Shown here: in pieces, positions 49,763-62,400 of the stretch | How the letters are laid out: each line of letters begins with the position of its first letter | Numbering within the stretch: position 1 is the stretch's first letter | Assembly: GCA_020137815.1 (NCBI GenBank) | Contig: CM035350.1 | Span: forward strand, 3,038,001-3,102,000 | From: Hormiphora californensis | Taxonomy: Eukaryota; Animalia; Ctenophora | DNA length: 64,000 bases | Direction of reading: 5' to 3' | Notes under the pieces: model-generated | Seen by the model: only the letters and a program-made list of their open reading frames with translations | Databases searched by the model: none | Told to the model about the DNA's origin: nothing | Program-made: the position numbers and the translations under genes

Positions 49763-50287
49763 TTAACAAGTCGCCATGACTGTCTAATGAATTAAACCCT
49801 ACTTCAATTAGCCCCTCCCGGCCCCCGTTGTCTCCCCTCACTTACCACCTGCACCCGTTCTTTACATTTAATTAACGAACCCACCCCCTCCCCAGAACTC
49901 CTGTAATGGTATGTGTGGTCCTGGGTGCAGTAGATGCTGGATCCACATCTGCGGGGACTGCTGCAAACACCCAGGCTGTCTATCTCACGACAATGAGTGT
50001 GCACAAAGCTACCTAAACTGGAGCTGTATCACGGGCAAGGGTGTGCTGTGGCATACCGCAGACGATAAGTGCTAAACAGGAAACACGTGTTTTGGTATAC
50101 GACCAAGTTAGACAGACAGACAGACAGTCTGTTCAGAGAGTGAGGTTGTTTTTGTTTTTGTGGGCTCTGTAATTGACGATTAGAACGAACTTTAGAACAT
50201 ACTCCAGACTCCTGAGAGATAAGTACTAATTAGACCAAGAAGCAAGGAAATGTAAGATCTTCTAATAAGCCTCAGTATAGAGTTCAT
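49763..50287 (-). CDS. Candidate small secreted six-cysteine protein (~90 aa, 3 exons)
   Basis: Exons 50287-50203, 50012-49846 and 49783-49763 join in phase. Hydrophobic N-terminus YISLLLGLISTYLSGVWS, then C-x8-C-x5-C-x5-C...C...C*. Confidence 0.45.
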
Positions 50288-51031
50288 TATTTAGTTCTGA
50301 TTCATAACTAAGAGTACAATAGACATCTTTAATTAGAATTTAGTTATCAAGCAGATATTTAAAGTATATTTTGAAAGAGAATTTATTTTGTTAAACGTTG
50401 AATTGAACAATTTTAGTTTGGTTTCAAAATTGGATGTTGTTTTATTCTCGAAAACATGCATTCTCAGACTGCCCTCGATCAAGAGCAGAATCATGCACAC
50501 CTCGACCGAATATTCGGGACACTCAACTCGACGACCCATGCTTGCCAACCATGCACCTGCTGCTTTTGGATCAACGGAGCGCGCATTGCAACAGATCTTG
50601 TGTTGTTCGCGCGCTTCAGACAGCGCGCAAATTATAAAACGCGCCGCGTTTCATCAAACCTGAGTTCTCGATGTGAAAATTCAGGTCGAGTCGTTTCGAT
50701 CGCGATATCAAATTTTGGAAGTTTTTAAACAAAAAACATCTTAGCACCGAAGATTTTCGTTCTTCTGTTCGGTATGAGCCGGGTCCAAGCAGAATGAGAT
50801 GTGATTTAATCGCATGAACAAACATTACCGGTTCCTGATTTCGGAATGCTCTTCAATCATGTCAAGAATTGCTGCTAATTTCCCACAATCAATAGTGCTC
50901 CCTGACAAGGACAAGACCACCTTGTTACTATGGTAGCTGGAGACTGTGTTGTGTCCTGCACGTGCAAGGTACTTGTTGTTGCTATATCACCCCACATACT
51001 GTCTCTGAATCCTGCACGTGCTAACCTTATC

Positions 51032-51938
51032 ATGGATCCTGTTTGTCCTTCTTCCGACCCCGCTGTCAAGTGCAATTCTTGCAAAGTGACCTTCAGGGAG
51101 CCCGACATTCTCAAATTAGAAGTTCCAGCCAAGGAACAAGAGGTGCCATGTATGGTTCACAGTACTTACAGGCGGGATTATCCCGGTCACAAGAGGATTT
51201 CACCACCTCTGGTGAGACGACCCCAGGATTCCCTGCCTATTGCAGTGGACTACAGTGACCAGCAGTACATCACCACTTGCCAGGACCGCTTTAAACCATG
51301 GGATATGAGACTGATCCCCAGGGTGGAGAACAAGGCACCCAGACGAGCATACACCCTCCCTGAGGTATGAGCATTTTCACCTTTCCTAAATTTGTAGTTT
51401 TTAATACCCGTCCTCCTTGTCTAAATGATCCTTCCCTCAGATCAAGATGCTGGGAACGACAAGTTACAAGGATGACTTTGCCAAGATCGCCCCTCTCCCG
51501 GAGGTTTCCCGTATGTCCAGGAACAAGAAGAAATACATGCTGAACAGTGTCAAGCTGGATCCCATGCAAACTGGAACTACCTACAAGAAGGACTTTGGAA
51601 CCTGGAAGGTAGGTGTTGTTTAATCTTTTTTGGTCCTGCAATTTATTGTGAATTTCTCAATTCTAGTTTGTATTTAATTTTCTACTTCTCAGGTGAGTGC
51701 CCGTGAGATTCCCCCTTGGGCCAAGAGGAAGGAAAGGACAACTCCTCCTCCCTTCCTTGCTGTAACCACCCAGAAGCGGGACTATGCCACTCCTGCCTTC
51801 GAATTCAAAGACCGAGCGACCCCTTACAGACCCAAGAATGGGTACACATTTATCAGCCAAGATATACCCATGAACATGACGACCATGTACAACTGTATCC
51901 ACGATGCACACCAGAGAACAAACGAAGTGTACGCTTGA
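51032..51938 (+). CDS. SAXO-like microtubule inner protein with Mn motifs
   Basis: Exons 51032-51364, 51441-51608 and 51693-51938. Spaced motifs STYRRDY, TTCQDRF, TTSYKDDF, TTYKKDF, TTQKRDY, TTMYNC. Start codon uncertain. Confidence 0.7.
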
Positions 51939-52151
51939 AGTCTTATTAATCCCTCCCCCTTGTAAATCTGTTTATTTGTAATATTGTAACACTGCTGTTT
52001 ATTGTACAACAAACCCGCGTTTCTCATGAATATATAACAGTGTTCTAGTTTGGGTGATTTTGACAAGCTGCCAGTTGTAACTTGTAATCATAAACATGAT
52101 TCTGGACCAATCCTTATAATTGTAGCTATCTTGTGATACCCATGTCCGAGC

Positions 52152-55100
52152 ATGCGGAGATCCGCCGCCCCATCTTCCCTCGATGGGCCCAACCGGAAGC
52201 GAATCAAGTTCCGGAGCCCGTGTTTGCGCCCCTCCATGACCAGCAGTCCTACTCAATCGCCGCCATTGCGGGAGCTTAACGAGGTCCAGGGCCTCCTAGA
52301 CCAGGAGAACAACAAGGAAAATATCCCGCCACACGGTAAGAGTGGGGGAGAGAAAATCAGTTTGGTTCATGTGACAACTGACAATGCGACTAAGTGGTAA
52401 TTAATTGATAATCTTGTCCACAGATCGAGATGTTTTTGCTAAGTCTCCTGAGGTAGTAGATGAGCCTAAACCTTCCCGGAGTTTTGTTCCACCTAGCAGA
52501 ACATTTGATGCCCCTCCTTCCCCGTTACCTACCCGAGGTTTAGGTGGTAGTTACAGTGTGAACTCTTCGCCAGAATCCCCAAAAATTATTGAACAAACTA
52601 TCTCTCCAAAGCCACAACAGCCAATAGTACAGAAGAAAGTGTTTGCTCCTCCCCGCAGATTTCAAGCGCCGGCCGCGGCTTCTAACCGCCCATCGCAGGG
52701 TCCCTCTAATACTTCCTCCGAGCCGGTAGCTAAACCTCGGTACTTCAAGGCTATGTACACAAAAGTGACAAAAAAGAAACATAAAACCTGGGAAGGAGAT
52801 GGAATACTTGTAGTCCGGCAGGTAACCCTGGAACTATTTGACAGTGACAATAAACCGCTTGGCAAAAAGAGCCAGTTCAAAGCAGCTGAGATATCCAGTA
52901 TTTCGGAAGGTTCCACCTACTTCATTGGAGGGAAGGAGGTGTTGGTGGAGGATGAGATAAGCGAGGAAACATACAACTCTGGTACCTGCTTTTCCAGCAT
53001 CTCCAAAGCTGGTGCAGCCGTGCCCACTAAATCATCCGCACTCAATACTGGTGGGAGGGGTTTTCAATGTCCACAGAGGGACAACAATGGTGCTACGGCA
53101 GTACCGAGAACGGTAATACTCAAGCCCCGACATGACCCTAACGCCCAAGGAGCAGTGATCTTGAGCAATCCCAAAAAGGGAGAGGAGAATTCAGTGGCGG
53201 TGGTGTTAGATCCGTATCTCTCTGACAAGATGAGAACTCACCAGAGAGAGGGAGTACAGTTCTTGTACAACTGTGTTATGAAACCAGCCGGTAGCACAGG
53301 CGCTGTTTTAGCTGATGACATGGGTTTGGGTAAGACACTACAGACAATCGCCCTGATCTGGACATTGTTAAAACAGGGCCCAACCGGGAACCCGGTTTGT
53401 AAGAGAATTCTAATTATCACACCAAGCTCCCTGGTTAAAAACTGGAAACATGAATTCAAGAAATGGTTGGGAGAAGAAAGGATTAGGGTTTGGGCCCTCA
53501 CTGCGGGCGAGAGTAGTGTCAGTGAGTTTAGTAAGTCGCCCCTGTTTCCGGTTTTGGTGATTAGTTATGAGATGTTTCGGAGGAGTATAGCAGACATCCT
53601 AAAGATAAACTGGGGTTTAGTGGCATGTGATGAGGGACATAGGTTAAAGAATGTGGCGGCCAAAGTTGCAGAGGCTCTCAACCAGCTTCCCTGTATGAAA
53701 AGGGTCGTCCTCACTGGCACCCCTGTCCAGAATAATCTCAAGGTAGGGTCTTGGTGCTCCTTCATCAACATTTTCAATTAAACCGAATTAATTTTCAGGA
53801 GTTTTTCACGTTGGTTAACTTTGTAAACCCCGGTATTTTGGGTACAAGTCGGGCGTTTACGAGTGTCTTCGCTGAGCCTATCCAGGCATCCCAACTTCCT
53901 ACTGCCACCTCTTCTGAGCTAGAGCTGGGTCGTGCCAGATCTGAACAACTCTCCACAATCACCTCCCAATTCATTTTGAGAAGGTAAGAGAATTCACAGA
54001 ACCTGAAAAGTGAAAACATGAAACATTGCTGCTAGATATCGACAACTAATTTCCCTGACCTAGGACGAAGGAGATAAACGAACAGTACCTCCCTCCGAAG
54101 AAGGTAGTGGTCCTGTTCTGCAAAGCCAGCAGCGCCCAGGCAGTACAATACAAGGACACACTGGCAAATCTACATCTTCACCGAATGGAGAGCACTGAAG
54201 TCCTGGAGGTATCTGAGATCAGTTCAGTATCTTTTACTAAAACCTCGATTTAATTTCTAACTGTTACTATCACCTCATTTCCAGGCCATTTGTACGCTTC
54301 GAAAGTTGTGTAACCACCCCTGCCTGACGGGTGATGGTGATGGAGGAGAGAGGAAGGGTGAGGTGGGTGCGAGTGGGAAACTAGCAGTTACCTCCGCTCT
54401 CCTAGAGGAACATGTTAACGCGGGGAGGAAGGTTGTCATGGTCTCTAACTTCACATCGGTACAATATATAATGAGTTGTTGTGGTGACTGGTGACCAACT
54501 ATAATGTGGATATAATTAAAAAAGTATGAACAGTTCAAGGTTTATTGAATTTGTGTCGTCGTTTCATATCTTTATCCCCCCCAGACGCTTGACCTGTTGG
54601 GTGTGTTATGTCAGGGAATGGGTCTCACCTTCCATCGTCTAGATGGAAAGACAGCCCAGGCGAAAAGGCAGGAGTTGGTAGACCGCTTCAATTCACCTCA
54701 CAACAGGTATTGGGATATGGAATTTAATTCATAAAGTCGTGTTCCCAATTTTATTCCCCTCCTTATTATAGGACACCAGTGTTCCTGTTGAGTAGCAAGG
54801 CGGGAGGAGTGGGGCTGAATCTGGTGGGTGGGAGTGTTCTTATATTGTACGATATAGACTGGAACCCTGCTAATGATCAACAAGCCATGGCCCGCATCTG
54901 GAGGGATGGACAGAAGAGTAATGTGATCATCTACCGGTTACTCACTACCGGTACTATCGAGGAGAAAATATTCCAACGGCAGGTACTATAATTAGAGTTA
55001 CATGCTGCAAGTTCAGTACTTCACACTCAAATAATCACCCCCTCCCCCCATTTTTTTATCTGACTATGTATCCCCCTCCCTAGATTAGAAAACAAGGTCT

Positions 55101-55436
55101 GAGTACGTGTGTAGTTGATAAGGGGGAGGCAAAGTGTAGTTTCTCTATGAATGAACTGAAGGATATTTTCTCATTTGATGAAAACACCCTCTCCTCAACT
55201 CACGATCTTCTCAAGTGTAACTGCAATGGGTATGTGTTAGAGCAGGGGGTGGTCCTGAAGTATCTTTTAGTAGTCCAATATTTATATTGGTTGATTTATT
55301 CTGTTGTTACAGGTCTGGTGAATGTGAGACAGCTACAGCAGGAGGTGAAGGAGGGGAACTGAGAGAGCTGATGAGATGGCAACATATCCAACACTCCAAC
55401 CCCCGTGTTTCATTTGCATTTCAAAAACAAACTTAA
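52152..55436 (+). CDS. RAD54B: DNA repair and recombination protein RAD54B (SNF2 ATPase), spliced
   Basis: Starts [11 protein letters not shown]54B-type [14 protein letters not shown]; [59 protein letters not shown] at 55434-55436; AATAAA at 55505. Confidence 0.93.
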
Positions 55437-55601
55437 TCAAAATGACCTGGATACTCGATTTTGTGTGACTGACGTTTGTAAATTTATTTGTAAAGTTTAT
55501 ACTGAATAAACTATTGAGTCATCTCTGCTAGTACCTATCTGAGTGTGACCCTATAAACCCTCTACTAGCACATTATAGATACACCCAGCTGTAGAGGCTG
55601 T

Positions 55602-58600
55602 ATGGTAACGGAGGGAAAGATAACCCAACTGAGGGTGGACCTCCTTGCTGGCAAGAAAGATGCCTCCAAGGAATTCTGGGCTCTTGCTACTAGGTATATA
55701 ATGAATCAACAAGCAATCATTACACTATAGTCCTTCACATTATAGACTACTTTTCTAACAGTCCATCTCTGATCCCACAGGATAGCCAGTCAAGAAAGCA
55801 GTATGCGGACAGCCCTGGCTAAAACATTTGCCAGTCGTCAGATTGATGAACCCTTGGAGAGAGATCTGAGAGGGAAGGGGAATACAGAGCTGCAGTGTGC
55901 TGCAGTCCTAGCTGTTGGATATTGTTTTGCTCGGCCAATCCTAGCACGGTAAGTTATGATGGTCTCACAAAAGACTAATGACTATCCTCTCCCCTCCGCG
56001 TGACAAGTTAGTTAGATATAAAGTACAGTACTAGAATTGGTCTCTTAACAACCCTCCTGCTGCAGTGAGTTGAAAGTGGCAGCACTGGTTGACACGATAT
56101 CCACGCTACCTGGCAACAGCTCCTTTAACCGGGGGCTCAGTATCAAGTGTCTGTGGGCCCTGGCGAACATGAAGCCCACAGAGATCTCCAAGACAAAGTG
56201 GCCTGGTGCATCGTCCAAGCTAATCAGTGATGTCCTCTCTAAGAAGAAGCTGAAGGAAGATGCAGCTGTGCAGAAAGAGAGTCTTAGACTGGTTGAGAAG
56301 TTGCTGTCAGTGTCACCTGGAGTGGCCTGTCAGGGGGAGTATCTGTCTGTCTGGTTACCCTGTGTATTACAGCAGGCTATCTGCACTGTCCAAGCGGTAA
56401 GAGACCAATACATACCTTTAGGCTTTACCAAATTGGTAATACCAAAACCTGATCATTGTTGTGGGCTTGTTGTGCAGGAGAGTATTAACACTAGTTAACT
56501 ACTGAAGTTTTGTAACTAAAAGAACTAATTCACAGATACGTGATAGAACGTTGGCAATGTTGAAATCCCACTCTGTTACCATCGTTAACACGGCATCAGA
56601 TACCAGCTCGGTAGTGGCTGGTAAAATATTCAACTCAAAGAATAGCAAGGTAAGACCATCTAGAGCCATAACCCCCAGCTACCAGGGGACAATAACCCAT
56701 TCCATCAATATTTAGTTAAGTTTTGATAAATTAAATTGTCTCCATCAGTCTAGTACGTATTTGAAAGATATGATAAAGTTGGTCTCAGACGGGAAACAGA
56801 GCGTGTACGTCATCGATTTGTGGGAGTGTTTGTTACAACTTTCTGTTAAGGTACTGTATTCTTATTCTTGTTACATTCTAAATCAGAAATATTAATGCCT
56901 GTCTTGGTTGAACCCTCGGACCCCCCTCTGGTTGTATTGTTGTATCTTGTTGTATCTTGACAGTACTGCTGCCTTGGGTTGTCCTTCCTGTTCCTCGTTT
57001 ATATACCCCCTTTCTCCACAGCATTATATAGTGGGTCAGCCGGCCCTAATGAACGACCTGTTCTCTGTACCAGACTACTACCTGAAACACCTGACAGATG
57101 AGGATAGTAGAGAGTGCCTCTTTAGTGCGTGGAGCAGGGCTGCTCAAACATTCAGGTAACAATTGCACTTCTCCAATTGTTTGACAACTGCAAACATGCA
57201 ACCCTTATCTTGTGCTGAAACAGTTGATGAGACAGTTGGAAAGAGATAAAATTATGAGTTAAGCGGGACCAAAACATGTCACAACAGAGTATTCAAAATG
57301 AAAAACATGAGAAACTGCAAATGTATGAACTCTCATTTTATTGAGAACTTTATCATTTATGGTAAAGAAATGCCTTCACTTCCTTCCTTTTATAATCCTG
57401 AATGCTAAAAACTCTCCCTACAGGACAGAGGATGATGAGTTCTTCAGTTCAACTGCTCGTCTAAAGTTATTCCTGACACCCTTCACCACAATCCGAGAGT
57501 GCAAGGAGAGTACAACCCTTAAGTTGGTACACTGCTGGTGGAAGGTATTTGTTACGATCGGACCCTCGCCTACAACACTCATAAAGGTACAACAACAATA
57601 TTATAGTTGAACACAGCTCATGTCCCATTTTCGATTTTAAGTACATATTTTAAGAACTTGTTGTTCTTAAAGTCATTGTCCTTTATAAACTATACCCCAC
57701 AGGTTGCGGAGCCCTGCCTTCAAAGGTGTTTCAAAGTTTCCGCTATGGACTCTGTCGTAGAGGCTGGGGCTGCCATGTTGAATCTGTTATTAGATTACAA
57801 ACTGCCGTCCAACCTAAATCTGGCGCCATTGCTATCCCCCTCTCCATTGAACTTAGATAATTCAATCCATTTAGCACTCATCTGCTCCTCCCTGTCACGA
57901 CTTATCGAGTATGTTGCTTAGCTAGTTTATTATTGTATACTAATCTATACTTGAGTATTGCTGTGTTGTCCCATAATTATTCTCTTGATTGTATAGATTA
58001 TCAAACATAACCCACATTTCAGAACGTCCCCCAAGTGTTTTGGTTTGTTAGTTTCAGTGTGGAGTACCCTGTGTGACTGTGGCCGAGTGGAACAACATAC
58101 ATTCCTGGACATGTTACCAGATATATCCCGATCCCTCCCACCCAGGAACACCCTGGTAGGTTGACAGCTGTTCCTTCCAAATAAAAGACACCCCATATAC
58201 ATGTAGTAACACACACCGTCCCTAACAACAGAGTCTCCTGGAGATACTAAGTGAAAGTAAGGTGATACGGCCCGCTGGGCAGGTGTGTATCTCCCAGTAT
58301 TTACTGCGGTGTTGTGGAGACGACGAGAAGTTAGCTGTGGGTAAAGTGTCTGCCCTTCTGAACAGACTCCTCACAACTACTGACTCCCTTGCTCTCCCCG
58401 TTGTGGCTGCATTGGTGGAGGAGGAAATGAGCAAGTAAGGGGCCGTTCTGTAATCGGGTCTGATTACTGATTAGGCCACAGTAGGGGTTGTTGTATTTCG
58501 CTGCTGAATTAGTGCAGATAATAGATATAATGTTAACCTGTGTGATTGTTCCAGGCACTCCCATGTGAGATCAGGTCTATGGAGTAGCCTTGTCACCTTC

Positions 58601-59415
58601 CTAGTCGACTACACGGGTAGGGGAGGTGACCTAAACGAGGGGAGGGCCATGGAACCAGACTACAAAACTACACACACCCTCCTTGTCATATCCTTTACTC
58701 TGTTTAGCAAGACAACGGATTTTAAACAGGTAAATAGTCCAGGGAGAACATGTATCTGAAACATGTGTGTTATCATATTGTGTTATCATGTGTTTGTTTG
58801 TTTTGTTTGTGATTGCTGCGTCTGGAGGATGACCTGCCCGAAAGTAGTAGAGGCCGTACCGAACACGCTTATTAGGCGCCCCGGCACGTCAACCACTCCG
58901 CCGTAGCAAGGCCACCCACCAATCAGTTTATGCAGAGCATGTTACTTCGGACGCTCCAGGAAGACCGTGATCAACCACTGGCGACACCGAGCGGCGAGAG
59001 CCGCACGGCCTCGACAGGGGTATCCCACTACTCCTGGCCTAAATCAAATTCTAAAGTTTATGTTGAGCTGGATCAGGTAACGTTTTGCCTTTGAGAGATT
59101 CTTGAGTTTGGTTTGGTCTGGAACAAGGTAACGTTTTGCCTTGTCATGTGTTATCATGTGTGGATATAATTATTGTGATATATCTGATATTATCTAACGA
59201 GAGAGATCAGTCTAAAGAGAGATACTATCTGCAGGTGGGAAGGCTGTGTGAGCTGTGGGGAAGAATGCTGGCAGTGTACTCAGAACAGACTGCATCTCCC
59301 CCTCTTATTGATACGATAGCTAGGCATCTACTGGAAAGTGATCTAATCGATTGGATGCACCTTCCTGCCCTCTTGACCACTACCAAGGTTTGTGCTCTCT
59401 CTCTCTCTCTGTCTC

Positions 59416-59495
<80 letters not shown>

Positions 59496-62400
59496 CTTTC
59501 GCAAAATTAGGAGACATTTTACGCCATTGCAGTGCACAAATTCCGTTTTAAATTGTTTCATCATATTTTATGAGACCAGGGAAATTATTCCAAGAAATCA
59601 ATTTAAATAAAAGGGCCATGGCGCTCTCCTGCTAAATCCCTCAGTACCTTGTCAGGCACTGACTGTTATACATGTCCCCTCAGCTGCTAGTAGAGGAGGT
59701 AAAGCCCCAGCAGTTATCTATCCTACCGAGACAGCCATCATCTACATTACATCTCTTCCTGAAAGCAGTCCACCTGACAGCCATTCAGCGAGACAGTACT
59801 GGTAATTGTCAATTGCCCTATTAGTTCTAGAACTATTATTGTTAATTACTTCTTGATTAATTATAATTCCAACATCTAACATCTACAATCCACCCACTAA
59901 CTCAGCTACCTAACCACTGTAACCTAATTTACAGGGGTCACCTCGGGAGCAGTATCACTCAGTATGGAGCTGTGTAGCAGTGCCTGGCAGGTCCTGACTC
60001 CCTCCAACCTACCCTCCACACTCACCTCCCTCTCCCCTGACTTCCTTTCCCTCGTTGGATACGATAAACATTACCCGGCACAACTCCAGAAAACCGTCCA
60101 TAACTCCTACCTCCAACTACTGACTAGGTACCATCCCGTTTGTTGCCTTGCTCGATCCAGTTTTTCCGCACGGGAAACAAATTTAAAGGAGGGTTAGAAC
60201 ATAATTACAACTCGTTTGTTAATTTCTGTAACATGTTATAAAATCCCCCACCTTTTAACTCGCCCCATTCTGTAGGGTGGAGAAGCTGGTGACATTCTAC
60301 CAGGCTACTACCCTGACCTGCCTAGAAGGGTACCTGATATACGGTCTAACTCATCACAAGAAACAAATCAGGACTGCTACGGCCACATTCTGGAATAGAA
60401 CATTTGGGGTGAAATATGACGGGACGTTCTCTGACAAACTAAGGTATGTTGATTCACATGCATCACACATGTGTCCAGTGTTTATAAAAACATTCCCCAA
60501 CTATATAACCCTCTTTCTCTCAGTGCGGTGTTATCTAGTGAGGCTAAGAGAAGTGCCCTGACCGTCCCTGATTCAGTATCATTAACAGTCCCGGACTCCC
60601 AGCACAGTACCACTGCCCAGATGGGGGGAGGATCTGGGGACTCCACTGGACCCCCTGATGTGACCGTGAAGGGTAGCTTCATGGGGAAACACAATAAGAA
60701 GGAGGCACCATCTCGGGTAGGCGCCGTGACACGCTTACAGTGGGAGTGATCTGGCGCGCGGGAATTCTCCCAAAGGGGACGCGCGCACCGCGGCAAATTC
60801 AGCCTGGCCCTGAGAAATGGAGTGACAAGCAAAATATGACAAAACAGTAATCCAATCATAATATTTTAGGTGACTAGGGCATCCATGAAGAGGGACCCTT
60901 CAGAGTTGTCACAGGAATGTGTCTACATTTCAAACAGTCCAAAAAAAGGAAAGGTACTCACCAAACATCAGAAGGAAAAGTTCAATGAACAAAAGTAAGT
61001 CTTATCAAAGTTGCTATGTTTTTTAAGAATTTAACCCCAACATTGCAATGGTTTTTAAGAGTTTAATCCCTCGTCCCTCTACCCAGATTGGAAAGAAACG
61101 TGCCAGTGATGTACAACAGTCTAGATCTGAACTCTCAAGAGCCGATAATTCTCGACATAAACTCCCAGTCTCAACAATTCTCTCCCGAGAAGAAAGTTGA
61201 CAGCACTCCAGCAGAGCCCCTTACTGTGGAGAAAGAGAACAATCCGAGGAAGTTATTATTCCTGTCTACAAATAATGACAGCCCATCCATAATCGGGAAA
61301 TCTGCTCTCAAGGCTCTCTATACCAGCCCTGAAACTCCTGTTATAGAGTCGTTACCTGTTATAGAGTTTCCACCGGTTAGTTGAACTGTACTACTGCAGT
61401 ACTTAATTAGTTCCACTTATTTCAAGTGATTTCCCAGCCCAAAGTTGCTAATCCTTACTAACACTCCCATGCCCTGTAGGAAGCGTCAGACGAGGATATA
61501 CTACCTTCTATCATGACGAACCCCCTTGGCCAGGAGGAATCACCCCTCACTCCCCCTACTGCAGTCCCTGCTTCCATGCCAATGACCCCCTCAGGCGGGG
61601 CAGGTGTCATCAAGTCCCTGTTCCAGACTATTGGGGGTCTCGTTGGGTTCTCTTCTAGTCAGGGAGATACTACCAACTCTACAGTATCTACCACCCTGAC
61701 CACTGATACGAGTCTGGATAGCAGCCAGCAATCTCCTCCTCTAGACCAAGTCACACCACTACCTCGAATAGATCCAGTGCCGCACCTCCCTCCAATTGAT
61801 CCTGTACCACCCTTACAGCCCATGGTTGTTCCTGATACTCTAGAGATCACTGATCTTGTAAAGGACTCCCTTGACGATACGAAGGAGACACCTGCTGAAG
61901 AGGAGGAAGAGTTCCCCAGTCAGACAGATGCCCTCAGTTCTAGACGTTCCGCCCGGCGTCTCACTAAGCGAACCAGTTCCAAGGGTAGCCAGGGAGACTC
62001 GCCGGTGAGGAAGAGTGAGAGACACAGACGGTCATCACAGAAGTTGTGCAGTGGGGAGTTTGTTAATGTTGGAATGCCTCAGTCGCTCAGACCGGAGGCG
62101 AGTTCACTGAAACCGATATCTGAAAAGAGTCCCGTGAAGATTAATGTGAATAAGGTGGAGAAGAATGTGGTGTTTGGTAGTGGGTATAGAACCTTCAAGA
62201 AACAGTCAGATCAGTTGAAAGTCCCGAGAAAGACTGATCCTGTTGGAAAACCTGTCTTCCCCGAAATACGGTTTAGCAGGACGAATAGCGACTTGAAAGA
62301 CGCTTCAGAGGAAACCCCTGACACTGCAATAACGTCTATTCCTGAATCCCAACAGTTTCACAATATCACAATACCAGATACCCAGCCCGATACACCACCC

